From an uncultured Thermoguttaceae bacterium (lineage in GTDB: Bacteria > Planctomycetota > Planctomycetia > Pirellulales > Thermoguttaceae), in assembly GCA_938084835.1 (NCBI GenBank), contig CALKER010000017.1, positions 88,949 through 152,948 on the forward strand: a DNA stretch of 64,000 nt, given 5' to 3'. A program made the translations under genes and the position numbers. Shown piece by piece: positions 43,357 to 53,049 of the stretch (its first letter is position 1; each line of letters opens with the position of its first letter). Under the pieces are notes generated by a model. It had not been told where the DNA came from, ran no database searches, and was given only the letters and a program-made list of their open reading frames with translations.

Positions 43357-45137
43357 GCCAGGCGTTTGTTTGCTCCTTTGTTTGGGCCTCGCAGATGGGG
43401 AGAATTCTCGTCGCGCCGGCTTGGACCATGGCGCCGGGCTTCTTCTTAGCACAAGAGATTTCCGAGGGTTGGAGCGGCCCGGGCCTGTATTTCAGTATTT
43501 GGAAACTCGCAATCCTGCTCGTTCTCTACCTTTTGTGGGTGGCCACGAGCGACTGGGTTAATCGCGACATTTTGGAACATGATTTCGATTACAAACTTTG
43601 GAACCCAGTGGTATTTTTCACTTTTGTGGGCGCGTTTGCTTTCGCCCTTTTGGTTCCGATTTTCTTTATCGGGCTTCCTGTGCTTTTGCTGGCTTGGGCG
43701 GTACCGCTCGGTGCCTATATTGTGTTCCGAAACAAACTTGTGCACCCCAGCGACCGGGTGTTAACCAAGGCCCACTTTCGTCGTTTGATCGCCCAGCTGG
43801 GTAAACCGGCTGGGGTAAAAATCGAACCGGAAGAGGTTGACCCACGCGATGCCGGCGTACCGTTGACGCTTGCAGGGCGAGGTGGGCCGACTCCGCGGGA
43901 TGAGAACGCCCGGCTGCTTGCAGCGCGGCAGGCCGCCGGTTACAACGATCTTCGTCGCTTACTTTTTGATGGAATCAAACGTCGGGCTGAAGCCATCCTG
44001 CTTGATTACACTCAGCAAGGGGTTACGCAACGGTATTTGATCGATGGTGTGTGGATCCAAGGGGATCCCCTGGAACGAGAAGTGGGCGATGCCTTGCTGG
44101 AGGCACTTAAACTGCTCTGTGGGGCCAATCCCGAAGATCGCTCGCGCCGTCAGCAGGGGCAGTTCGCCATTAAGTGCGAAAATCGCTCTTACACCGGCGA
44201 AATGATCAGCCAAGGAACTCGCACCGGAGAGCGACTACTCATCAAACTGGAAGGCCAACGCACCCGCTTCCGGAGCCTGGAAGACCTGGGGATACGGCCA
44301 AAGGTGGCCGAGCAACTTCGCGAGATCTTGCATCGCCCCTCAGGTTTCGTTCTGTTATCAGCGCCCCCCGGTCACGGAATGAGAACCCTATGTACTACCG
44401 TTCTCCAAGTAATGGACCGGTTCACGCGGGATTTTATCTCGGTAGAAGATGAGCTTAATCGCTACGAGACGGTGGAGAACGTCCAGGTCAAGACCTATAA
44501 CTCTTCCCTGGGGCACACCCCCGCAAGTATCCTTCGGGAGGTTTTCTTGTTAGAGCCAGGGGTGGTGATCATCCGTGACCTCCTTGATGCAGACACCGTT
44601 CATAAAATGTGTCAGGAGGTCGACAACGAGCGGATGCTCCTGGCAGCAATCCGTGCCGGAGAAGCGGCAGAAGCTTATATGAACGTCCTGAAACTGGGCG
44701 TCAACCCAGGCGAATTGGGGCGTGTAATCACGGCTATTGTTTGTCAACGTCTCGTCCGCAAGCTCTGCGAATATTGTAAAGAAGCATATGTTCCGCCCCC
44801 GCAACTCCTACAACAGCTGGGGATTCCTCAGGGTCGGGTAGAGGTTCTGTTCCGACCACCCCAGCAGGCAGAGGAACCTTGCGAACATTGTTATGGCACG
44901 GGGTATCTTGGCCGCACGGGTATCTTCGAGGTGATGGTTGTGGACAATGGCTTGCGGGGTGTGTTGACTAATTTCCCCAAGATCGATTTGATTCGGCAGG
45001 CAGCCCGCAAAGCAGGGTGGCGTTCCTTCAAAGAGGAAGGGGCCCTCCTCGTGGCCAACGGCACGACTTCGGTCGCAGAATTGGCCCGCGTTCTTCGCGA
45101 GTCAGGAGAAACGAAGACCTCCCCACAACCGAGTTGA
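43353..45137 (+). CDS. Membrane-anchored GspE/PilB-like secretion ATPase homologue with degenerate catalytic motifs (predicted pseudo-ATPase)
   Basis: About four N-terminal TM helices, then a GspE N2-like region (GQFAIKCENRSYTGEMISQGTRTGERLLIKL). At the Walker A position the sequence is LLSAPPGHGMRTL instead of GPTGSGKTT. The Asp and His boxes are absent or degenerate (IIRDLLDADTVHKMCQEVDNERM). The tetracysteine zinc motif is retained (CEYCKEAY...CEHCYGTGYLGRTGIFEVMVVD). The start ATG overlaps the pilT stop (ATGA); an in-frame ATG at 43281 is an alternative. Confidence 0.75.
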   Translation: MSQAFVCSFVWASQMGRILVAPAWTMAPGFFLAQEISEGWSGPGLYFSIWKLAILLVLYLLWVATSDWVNRDILEHDFDYKLWNPVVFFTFVGAFAFALLVPIFFIGLPVLLLAWAVPLGAYIVFRNKLVHPSDRVLTKAHFRRLIAQLGKPAGVKIEPEEVDPRDAGVPLTLAGRGGPTPRDENARLLAARQAAGYNDLRRLLFDGIKRRAEAILLDYTQQGVTQRYLIDGVWIQGDPLEREVGDALLEALKLLCGANPEDRSRRQQGQFAIKCENRSYTGEMISQGTRTGERLLIKLEGQRTRFRSLEDLGIRPKVAEQLREILHRPSGFVLLSAPPGHGMRTLCTTVLQVMDRFTRDFISVEDELNRYETVENVQVKTYNSSLGHTPASILREVFLLEPGVVIIRDLLDADTVHKMCQEVDNERMLLAAIRAGEAAEAYMNVLKLGVNPGELGRVITAIVCQRLVRKLCEYCKEAYVPPPQLLQQLGIPQGRVEVLFRPPQQAEEPCEHCYGTGYLGRTGIFEVMVVDNGLRGVLTNFPKIDLIRQAARKAGWRSFKEEGALLVANGTTSVAELARVLRESGETKTSPQPS

Positions 45138-45275
45138 CGCTTAAGCAGATCGGTCTTTGCCCAGTAAAAACGGTTTGTTTACGACCGGCAGTTCTGCGGA
45201 AACCGGAATCTATATCAAAAATTTGAGCCCCTCCCATTCAATCCGCCACAGGGAGTTGTAAACAAAGGTGCTGCG

Positions 45276-45941
45276 ATGGGCGCGTTGCTACCGGTTTTGC
45301 TCCTACTGATCGTGGTCTTTGTCATCGCGTTTACCTATCGCGATGGGTTATGGAACAACACCTTGCGGGTAGTCAACATAATTTTTGCCATCTTGGTGGC
45401 CATAAATTTCTGGGAACCATTGGCCGGCTTTTTGGAAAACATGTATGTGGGGGCCACATATTTTTGGGACTTTCTTGCATTGTGGGCCCTGTTCTACTTG
45501 AGCTTCGTTCTTCTGACCTTGGCCACCGTGGCAATCTCCCGGGTTAAACTCCGATTTAAAATGGTAATGGATCGTGCGGGGGCAATAGCGGCGGCGGTCC
45601 TCGCTGGGTGGCTACTCATGTCTTTTGCGGTGGTAACACTGCACACCGCGCCTTTGGCGGAGAGATTTTTCTATGGGGGCTTCGATCCCGATTCCCGACT
45701 GGTTTTCGGGACCGCTCCCGACCGTGTTTTACTGACTTTGTGTAAATATCTGTCCCGCGGGCCTTTGGCGCGGAGCACCGGGGAGGGACAAGTTAACGAA
45801 TTTGATCCAAATAGCGAGTTTATCCGCAAATACGCAAGCCGCCGTCGCGCGTACGAAGAACATCTCAAACAAAATGCCTCTGGGCCCAGAGATTTGTTAG
45901 TGCCGGAGGCAGCGGCTCCTCGGCGGTTCCGAGCCAGTTGA
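45276..45941 (+). CDS. CvpA-like (colicin V production protein family) integral membrane protein, putative
   Basis: 221 aa with four predicted TM helices. The N-terminus LLPVLLLLIVVFVIAFTYRDGLWNNTLRVVNIIFAILVAINFWEPLAGFLE resembles CvpA-family architecture. The assignment is inference. Confidence 0.45.
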   Translation: MGALLPVLLLLIVVFVIAFTYRDGLWNNTLRVVNIIFAILVAINFWEPLAGFLENMYVGATYFWDFLALWALFYLSFVLLTLATVAISRVKLRFKMVMDRAGAIAAAVLAGWLLMSFAVVTLHTAPLAERFFYGGFDPDSRLVFGTAPDRVLLTLCKYLSRGPLARSTGEGQVNEFDPNSEFIRKYASRRRAYEEHLKQNASGPRDLLVPEAAAPRRFRAS

Positions 45942-45981
45942 ACTTGGCCATGGGATAACTTGACTCCAAGGGTTCTGTATT

Positions 45982-46809
45982 TTGACTGGGCGTCCCAACA
46001 CTCGAAGGAGGACCGTAGGCGTGGCATTTGCGCCTGAGCCCAATGATAAAGCATGGAAAGTCGCGGAAGCCGAGGTTCCCGCCAGCCGGCCTGTGGCGCC
46101 GCTGGCTATTTTGTGCGCCATAGGCGGAGTGCTCTCGCCCCTGGCGTTCCTCGATTGGTCTCTCTTAGTCTTTCCCCTTGGAACCGTAATTCTTGCGATT
46201 TTCGCTTGGCGACAAGTGTACAGGTATGACCCACCTGCTTTGGGGCTGGGCAGCATCCGATTCGGGTTGATACTGGCAGCTTTTGCCGGAATTGGTGGTC
46301 CTGTACGGTTGTTAACCTTTCAAGCATATCTTCAAAGCGAGTCTCGCCCCACGGCTGAGCAATTCTTGGCACTACTCCGGGAAGACAAGCCACAAATGGC
46401 ATTTCAGTTGACAAGGGATCCTAACGTTCGGCTGCCGCTTGAGGATGCGCTCTGGGCAGAGTATGCCCTTACCCCCGAAGCTCGAGAGCAACTTTTCTGG
46501 GATGTTATCGCCAAGGACCAGGGTGAAAGGGAAAACTTCGAGGGGTTTGTCAATCGAATTCCGGTCCGGGTCGTCCTTGCGCTAAAAGATCAAAGCCGGA
46601 TCCGATATCTGGGCACACCTGTCGCCCATCAGCGACACGGGCGTTACCAGGTGCATCATCTTTACGCAGTTACGTACGACAAAGAAGCCAAGCGGCGAAC
46701 AGTGGTACTTGCGATTCAGCTCGAGCGTCAGCGCTTGCGGCAAACCAGAGCAGCGGATTGGGTGGTCACCGATATCTTCGGACCTGTTAACCCGGACCAA
46801 TATCCTTAA
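45982..46809 (+). CDS. Hypothetical membrane protein (2-3 TM helices plus cytoplasmic domain)
   Basis: 275-aa ORF 41 nt downstream of the CvpA-like gene on the same strand. Hydrophobic helices LAILCAIGGVLSPLAFLDWSLLVFPLGTVILAIFAW and FGLILAAFAGIGG. No recognised domain. Confidence 0.5.
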   Translation: MTGRPNTRRRTVGVAFAPEPNDKAWKVAEAEVPASRPVAPLAILCAIGGVLSPLAFLDWSLLVFPLGTVILAIFAWRQVYRYDPPALGLGSIRFGLILAAFAGIGGPVRLLTFQAYLQSESRPTAEQFLALLREDKPQMAFQLTRDPNVRLPLEDALWAEYALTPEAREQLFWDVIAKDQGERENFEGFVNRIPVRVVLALKDQSRIRYLGTPVAHQRHGRYQVHHLYAVTYDKEAKRRTVVLAIQLERQRLRQTRAADWVVTDIFGPVNPDQYP

Positions 46810-47163
46810 GACGATTTCGACTGAGCGCTTTATTTTTATGGGGCCAAGAATTTCCAATGCTCCCATTCGCGCTTCCGGGCAAAAGTCCTGCTTTTCCAGA
46901 CATGTTTTCCTAATACCTTCCCCATCTTTAAGAAGATTGCGCATATGACAGGTGATTTATCGACGAACCACAACTGTTTTGGCGCTTCCTAGGGATTCTC
47001 CTTCCAAGGAGTAGCTGGTACCTGAATATAATCTGCTCGTACGTCTTGCCATCATTTCATCCTAAAGACCACAGCCGAAAAATTTGTTTCAACGACTTTC
47101 GGCTTTGAGCAAAGCAAGTGGCTTATAAAGAACTTTTCACGAGGGGATTACTTCCGGTTCGGC

Positions 47164-48852
47164 TCAATCCGCGGGAAAACCCACCACCGTGCCGAAGGCC
47201 TCCTCTGGATCTTGAGCGACTTCATCGGACAAACTTTGCGAGCAACTGAGAAGATCGTTGGTGAGCGACTGAAGCGCTGTAGCTGCCCCCACGACCGTAG
47301 GAACAACCTCGGCCTGTGGACGACTCAAAAGTTCTTTCAACTTGTGGCCGAGATAGACTAATTTTTCGGCAACGTGGCCGATCACCGCCTCAACCCGTAC
47401 AAAAAGCGACTGCTGCGCACGATCCGCCGCTTCTGCCGAATACAAAGGCAGCAACCCTTTTGCAAGAGCCAAGTTACGAAACCAACGGAGCAGTGTGCCG
47501 CGGCTAATGGTGCCCACGGGCTTGTTTTTCTCCACAATCACTACCCGGCGGATTGTCACGCGACATAAAAATTCGTAAATGCGGCGTACAGGCGTTGTGA
47601 CGTCGAAGGTCACCACGTTGTGGCGCATAAGCTCGCCCAGCGGTTTAAACCACGCCGATAGTGAGCCAAGCGCGTGCATTAGATCCTTCTCGGAGACAAT
47701 ACCTACAAGCGCTCCGTCCGACCTTACCACAGGGGCAGAGTTTGTTCGCAGGCGCGTGAACACTTCGATAGCCGAGGCCACGGAATCCGTCTCAGAAAAC
47801 GTAACTACCACGGGGGTCATCACATCCGCGGCAGTAATGCCAGCAAACGGATCATGCGTGCCTCGCGTTTCCTCAAGTGGGAAGATGGATTCCTCGATCG
47901 CCGCGGAGTAACGGACTACACGGTCGCGACCTGCCTGCTTTGCACAGAGAAGCGCTTGATCCGCCCGGTCAAGGAGCTCCTCGGGCGAGTTGACGTCCTC
48001 CTCCAAGGCCGCCACTCCAAAGCTGGCGGTGACAAATAGCGTTGTATCGCCCATTACAGCTGGAGTTCGAGCAATCGCCAGTCGCGCACGTTCTGCCCAT
48101 TCTTCAGCACCCTCCTCATCACAGTTCGGAAGGACCACACAAAACTCCTCCCCACCCAACCGGCCCAATACATCACTTGCCCGCACGTAGTGGCGCAGCA
48201 CTCGGGCCACGCTGCGCAGGACTTCGTCCCCAGCGGCATGACCATAGCAATCGTTGATCCGCTTAAAGAAATCAATATCGGCCATCGCACAAGCAAGAGG
48301 CTGCCTTTCCCTTCGCGAACGATGCCACTGCCGGTAAAACTGTTCCATGAAGGCCCGCCTCCCCGGAAGACCCGTGAGGGCATCCCGCAAGGCAGCCTCT
48401 CTAAGTTGTAACTCCAAATCGAGCAGTCGCGCGCTGGTCCGCACTCGTGCCAATAGTTCTCCTTGCGACACAGGCTTATGGAGGAAGTTGTCCGCTCCCG
48501 CGTCTAAGCAAGCGATGAGGAGGTCTTCTTCACTTTTTCCCGTCAACACGACGATGTAAACATAATGCGGCAAACTCAGCTGGCGCACGGCCCGGCAAAG
48601 CTCGATTCCGTCCAACCCAGGCATCTCCCAATCCGTAATGAGAATGTCCGGAGGAGATGCCCTCACGAGCTCTAATGCTTCTGCGCCGTCGGTAGCCTGC
48701 ATCACGACATATCCGACGGACCGAAGCCAGTGGGCAATCAACCTGACTAACGCCAAATCGTCGTCCACAACAAGGACCGATCGTGGTGTGTCGGACAATC
48801 CCCTGCCGTCTGGATTCACGTCACTCCCCCCAAAACAAAGATGTGCGTCCAA
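47164..48852 (-). CDS. Response regulator with GGDEF diguanylate cyclase and tandem CBS domains (REC-GGDEF-CBS-CBS)
   Basis: REC (VLVVDDDLALVRLIAHWLRS...ILITDWEMPGLDG), GGDEF domain with an intact GGEEF active site (RLGGEEFCVVL) and an RxxD-like I-site region, followed by two CBS domains (ITAADVMTPVVVTFSETDSVASAIEVF...; ...LGELMRHNVVTFDVTTPVRRIYEFL). Confidence 0.85.
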   Translation of the reverse strand: MDAHLCFGGSDVNPDGRGLSDTPRSVLVVDDDLALVRLIAHWLRSVGYVVMQATDGAEALELVRASPPDILITDWEMPGLDGIELCRAVRQLSLPHYVYIVVLTGKSEEDLLIACLDAGADNFLHKPVSQGELLARVRTSARLLDLELQLREAALRDALTGLPGRRAFMEQFYRQWHRSRRERQPLACAMADIDFFKRINDCYGHAAGDEVLRSVARVLRHYVRASDVLGRLGGEEFCVVLPNCDEEGAEEWAERARLAIARTPAVMGDTTLFVTASFGVAALEEDVNSPEELLDRADQALLCAKQAGRDRVVRYSAAIEESIFPLEETRGTHDPFAGITAADVMTPVVVTFSETDSVASAIEVFTRLRTNSAPVVRSDGALVGIVSEKDLMHALGSLSAWFKPLGELMRHNVVTFDVTTPVRRIYEFLCRVTIRRVVIVEKNKPVGTISRGTLLRWFRNLALAKGLLPLYSAEAADRAQQSLFVRVEAVIGHVAEKLVYLGHKLKELLSRPQAEVVPTVVGAATALQSLTNDLLSCSQSLSDEVAQDPEEAFGTVVGFPAD

Positions 48853-49751
48853 ACAAGCGGCGGTTTCCCGTGAGTAAGAGAGCAGCCGTGGAGCAAGCCT
48901 TCACGCGGAGGCCTACCCTAACTTCGGAACGTACTCGTTCCCTCCTAATCTGCACGACGGCAACCAGGCCGCAACACCGTTGGGCATGGGCCTGCGTGTC
49001 CCATTAAATGTAGCTTACTTTCTTACAAGCGGTAATCAGAGAAACCCGAGTTATTGCCGAGCCTTATGATGGATGGAGCATCCTCCCGGAACCGAAGCTC
49101 CACTAGCCCTCGCGCTCTTTGACGAAACATTCCATCGCTCCAAAATGATTGGGCAATTTCACGTGAACTCGGCAGTTTGCATGAAATTTACCGAAAAGGC
49201 ACCCCTCTCCGATGCCGCAACCCACTCCCGGTCCCAAATGCTAATCCAATGCCGGTGAATTTTTCTCGCCAAATTCGTCCGGCCATACCACCAGCGGTAA
49301 GTTGCATGTGAGGGCATCGTCCGAAACAACTGTTAAACTCGCAGAGCTTCTAGCCTCTCCACGAGCAGGGTACCTCCTCTTTCTGAAGCAAATCCAGTCG
49401 AATCGGGTGGAAAATTACGTAAAAATCGGGCTAAAATCGTAGGGGCAGATAAGAACGAAATGGCGGCCACAACTTTGAAAGAAATCCTTCGCCCCAGCTA
49501 GGTTGAGGAAAACCTGTACAGATAGTCCAATTAACTTCCCGACAAATTACCCCAACCAAAACCAGTGGCCATACAGGCTGCAAATGTCGCCTTCTAAGAA
49601 AATTCGATTTGCAGAAGCGAAACAATCCTGAGTTGTGCAGGAAGCTTCCTTGGAGTGAAATTGGAGTGAGACCTCTCGCTGAGCGTCGACACTTGCCCAC
49701 CACTGCCCGCAGCAATCGGAGCAGTAAAAACCCCTTTGGAGTAGGCCGGAT

Positions 49752-52700
49752 ATGACGAATTTTATGAATGTTCCGATCATCGCCTTGGCAACAACTGTGG
49801 CGGCGCTTGTATCACCGGGAATGACGAGAGGCCAAGATCGTAGGGAAGCGCCCCAATTGCCCCCAGCAAGACTTGAGGTCACAATCGGGGGCGTCGAACC
49901 ACAGGCAAGCTTCGAATGGTGCGGGGCGTACCTCCTCTGGTCACTCGCGGCCGAAACTCTCACAGAATCCGCCTTAGGACAAACATGGGCGTGCATCGGT
50001 TCCCGAGCTGCTCAACTCCTCGTCCTCTCGCCGTGCAGGGAGGCAGTCGTGGCTTTACCGCCCGAGAGTACCGTCGAGTTTACCCTTTCGTCGGCTCTTG
50101 CCCTTCACGGACATTTCGAGATTTGGACCGAGCCTACGTGGGATCTTGAGGGATCAACACTTCCGCAACCCGAAGTGCTCATAATTCCGAACCCGGGGCG
50201 TGAAGCATGCTCCGTCCGAGAGGGGGAGGCTTACAATTTACATGATTTGGCGGAAAAAGGGGTTAGTAGTTTTGGGCGGACCCAGTACCGTATCCCTCTT
50301 TTCCACAACCCGAGTGAGCCGAGTCCGCGGGCAGTTGCTCGGATTGTCATTCGCAGTTCGTCGGTGGCCGGTGCCATTCGTGTGGGCGGATTCACATTGG
50401 TGCTGGGTGAGAACCGTTGGACCGTGCCGATCAGTCCGCAGCCGACTGAAGAGGTATTTCCACCACCTCGCCTTCCAATTTACTTGCCGGGTATCGACGC
50501 CGGCCTCGTGGAGTGGGACTGGCGGCTTCAAGACGGTATCGGCACCCCTCGGGAGCCACGATCCTTTTCCGAAGCCCTACAACTTCTCCTTCAACGGGTG
50601 GAAAAGCTTCTTTCCCACTTGAGCCGACACGGATATGACGTGCGAAAGTGGCAGAATGAATTTGGAGAAATTCTTCATCAGTATACAATCCGTGCGTCCT
50701 CCAATCATGGCACCGACGATGATTGGCGGGCCTTTTGGCGTGAGGTCCGCTGGTGGGGACGAAAATTGATCAGCTCTATTCTTTTTGTGCGCGTTGGACC
50801 CCTGGCCTTTGTTAAGCACGTGCCTGCAGCATTCAGTCATCAGCTGACGCAGTATTACGGTCGCGACGCCCGGCCGGGCGGTGGTATTTTTCTGCTCCCT
50901 CAGCCGGGTACATCGATGACGGCGGTGGACCTTGTAGGTTCGCGACTGCCTTGCGGGAGCTACCAGCATCTTGATGTCTCGGCCGATGGAAGTCGCCTGC
51001 TTTTTGCCTTCTGTGCTGTTGATAAACCGCCTATGAATCGGGAGGCTCCCACGGACCGATATTTCCACGTATACGAACTCCGCCTCCACAACGGGGAGTT
51101 ATGTCGGCTAACAGATGGGCCTTACGACCATTTCGCGCCGCGCTACCTTCCGGATGGGAAGATCGTGCTTGTGTCGACGCGGAGGGGAGGCTTCCACCGA
51201 TGTGGCCGTGGCCCGGCTCCGGTTTACACCCTTTCCCTCTTGAAGCCGGATGGTACGATTCATGTCATCTCTTATCATGAAACACACGAATGGGATCCAG
51301 CGGTGTTGTGGGATGGAAGGATCCTTTACACTCGATGGGACTATGTGGACCGTCACGCGGTGTTCTATCAGCAGCTGTGGACGGTTCGTCCAGATGGGAC
51401 CAACGTGCAAATCTATTTCGGCAATGGAACTTTCAACCCGGTGGGAATTTGGGAAGTAACTCCCATCCCGGGGAGTCATCGGGTGATGGCAACCGCTGCA
51501 GCCCATCATGCGATGACGGCCGGATCGATCATCCTTCTGGATATTAACCGCGGACTTGATGGATTGGTGGCAATCGAGCGATTAACACCCGATGCCCCAT
51601 TTCCGGAATCTGAGGTCCCCGTCATCCGCGAACCCGGGGGTCACTGGTTTGCCCCAGTAGGAGTGGCTCACCCACTTCCTCTTCCCGTGGAAGCCCGCCG
51701 ATGGCCAGGGCACTGTTATCGGTCACCTCTCCCGTTGGACGAAGATCACTTTATTGCTGCCTATAGTTACGATCCGCTAATTGGAGAACCAACTGCCAAT
51801 CGGGCCAACATGTTTGGGCTCTATTTGTGCGATCGTTTCGGCAATAAAGAGCTTATTTATCGAGATTTGAATCATTCGTCTTTGTGGGCTGTATTCCTCC
51901 GGGCCCGTCCCAAACCGACTACCGTAGCATCCGCACTTAATTCGGAAATAACTCCGGCCTTTGGCGGTCAATCGGGCCTTAGTGCAGTCCCGATGACGGA
52001 TTCTGTCAACATAGCGACAAATGATCTCGTACGGGCTGTCTGTTGGAGCAAAGGGCCTGGGCGGCTCCCGGAACGGTCCGGACCGATCGGCCAAGGAATC
52101 TTTTTCTTGCAGAACGTTTACGAAGCTTGGCCAGCCCTTCCAGACGTGAGAATCACCCGTTTGCGAATTGTGCAGGTGCTACCAAAAACCACGCCACATA
52201 TAAACACTCCGCCGGTCGGCACAGCTCATGCCTCGCCCGGGAAACAAGTACTGGGAACCGTCCCTGTTGAGCCGGATGGATCCGCATACTTTGTCGCTCC
52301 GGCAGGAGTGCCCTTGTCATTCCAGGCCTTGGATGAGTTGGGACAGGCTGTCCAGATAATGCGGAGTGTCACCTACCTCCAGCCGGGCGAGGTGACATCG
52401 TGCCTTGGGTGCCATCAACCGCGGACTATGGCCCCGAAGCAAGGGCCTTTGCCCGCGGCTCTTCGCCGGCCTCCGTCACAGATCGTGCCGGGCCCACCCG
52501 GATCGCGGCCGCTTTCCTTCCCCCTGCTTGTCCAGCCCATTTTGGACCGGCATTGCATACGTTGTCATAATGACCAGCAAGCCGAAGCTGCCGTAAATTT
52601 ACTTGGCCGACCGGAGGGAAAATTCACGGCCTCATATCTTGCTCTGGCACCGCGGGTGAAAACTGCCGCCTGGGACAGTCGTTCGGACTTTCTCGTTACC

Positions 52701-52922
52701 AATTGCGAACCTTATACTCGTCCCGATTTCTTCGGAGCCCGCGGTTCTCCCCTCATGAAGCTTCTATTGGCCGGGCACGCCGGTATCACACTCTCCCCGG
52801 CCGAACTGGAAGCCCTTGCCACGTGGATGGACACCAATGCACTTTTCTACGGGACATTCGATCCGGAGGACCAGAAACGTCAACTTCGCGGCGAAGAGAT
52901 CACAGGACCCGCCTGGGAATAA
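49752..52922 (+). CDS. Large secreted protein with a TolB-like (PD40) beta-propeller and two C-terminal CxxCH heme-binding-type motifs
   Basis: 1056 aa with a signal peptide (PIIALATTVAALVSPG). PD40/TolB-like repeats (LPDGKIVLVSTRRGG, LLKPDGTIHVISYHETHEWDPAVLWDGRILYTRWDY, TVRPDGTNVQIYFG). C-terminal motifs SCLGCHQP and HCIRCHNDQQ each carry CxxCH. The domain family is inference. Confidence 0.6.
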   Translation: MTNFMNVPIIALATTVAALVSPGMTRGQDRREAPQLPPARLEVTIGGVEPQASFEWCGAYLLWSLAAETLTESALGQTWACIGSRAAQLLVLSPCREAVVALPPESTVEFTLSSALALHGHFEIWTEPTWDLEGSTLPQPEVLIIPNPGREACSVREGEAYNLHDLAEKGVSSFGRTQYRIPLFHNPSEPSPRAVARIVIRSSSVAGAIRVGGFTLVLGENRWTVPISPQPTEEVFPPPRLPIYLPGIDAGLVEWDWRLQDGIGTPREPRSFSEALQLLLQRVEKLLSHLSRHGYDVRKWQNEFGEILHQYTIRASSNHGTDDDWRAFWREVRWWGRKLISSILFVRVGPLAFVKHVPAAFSHQLTQYYGRDARPGGGIFLLPQPGTSMTAVDLVGSRLPCGSYQHLDVSADGSRLLFAFCAVDKPPMNREAPTDRYFHVYELRLHNGELCRLTDGPYDHFAPRYLPDGKIVLVSTRRGGFHRCGRGPAPVYTLSLLKPDGTIHVISYHETHEWDPAVLWDGRILYTRWDYVDRHAVFYQQLWTVRPDGTNVQIYFGNGTFNPVGIWEVTPIPGSHRVMATAAAHHAMTAGSIILLDINRGLDGLVAIERLTPDAPFPESEVPVIREPGGHWFAPVGVAHPLPLPVEARRWPGHCYRSPLPLDEDHFIAAYSYDPLIGEPTANRANMFGLYLCDRFGNKELIYRDLNHSSLWAVFLRARPKPTTVASALNSEITPAFGGQSGLSAVPMTDSVNIATNDLVRAVCWSKGPGRLPERSGPIGQGIFFLQNVYEAWPALPDVRITRLRIVQVLPKTTPHINTPPVGTAHASPGKQVLGTVPVEPDGSAYFVAPAGVPLSFQALDELGQAVQIMRSVTYLQPGEVTSCLGCHQPRTMAPKQGPLPAALRRPPSQIVPGPPGSRPLSFPLLVQPILDRHCIRCHNDQQAEAAVNLLGRPEGKFTASYLALAPRVKTAAWDSRSDFLVTNCEPYTRPDFFGARGSPLMKLLLAGHAGITLSPAELEALATWMDTNALFYGTFDPEDQKRQLRGEEITGPAWE

Positions 52923-53049
52923 AGAACCAAAGCAAGAATTGGATCTCTCCCTTGGATCCAAACTGCTCGGCAGTGTGGTCCCACAGTATGACCTTCTCGA
53001 CGACGTCGCCCGATTAAGCGAACCACAGCGGGCGAGAGCCAGCCGAACT

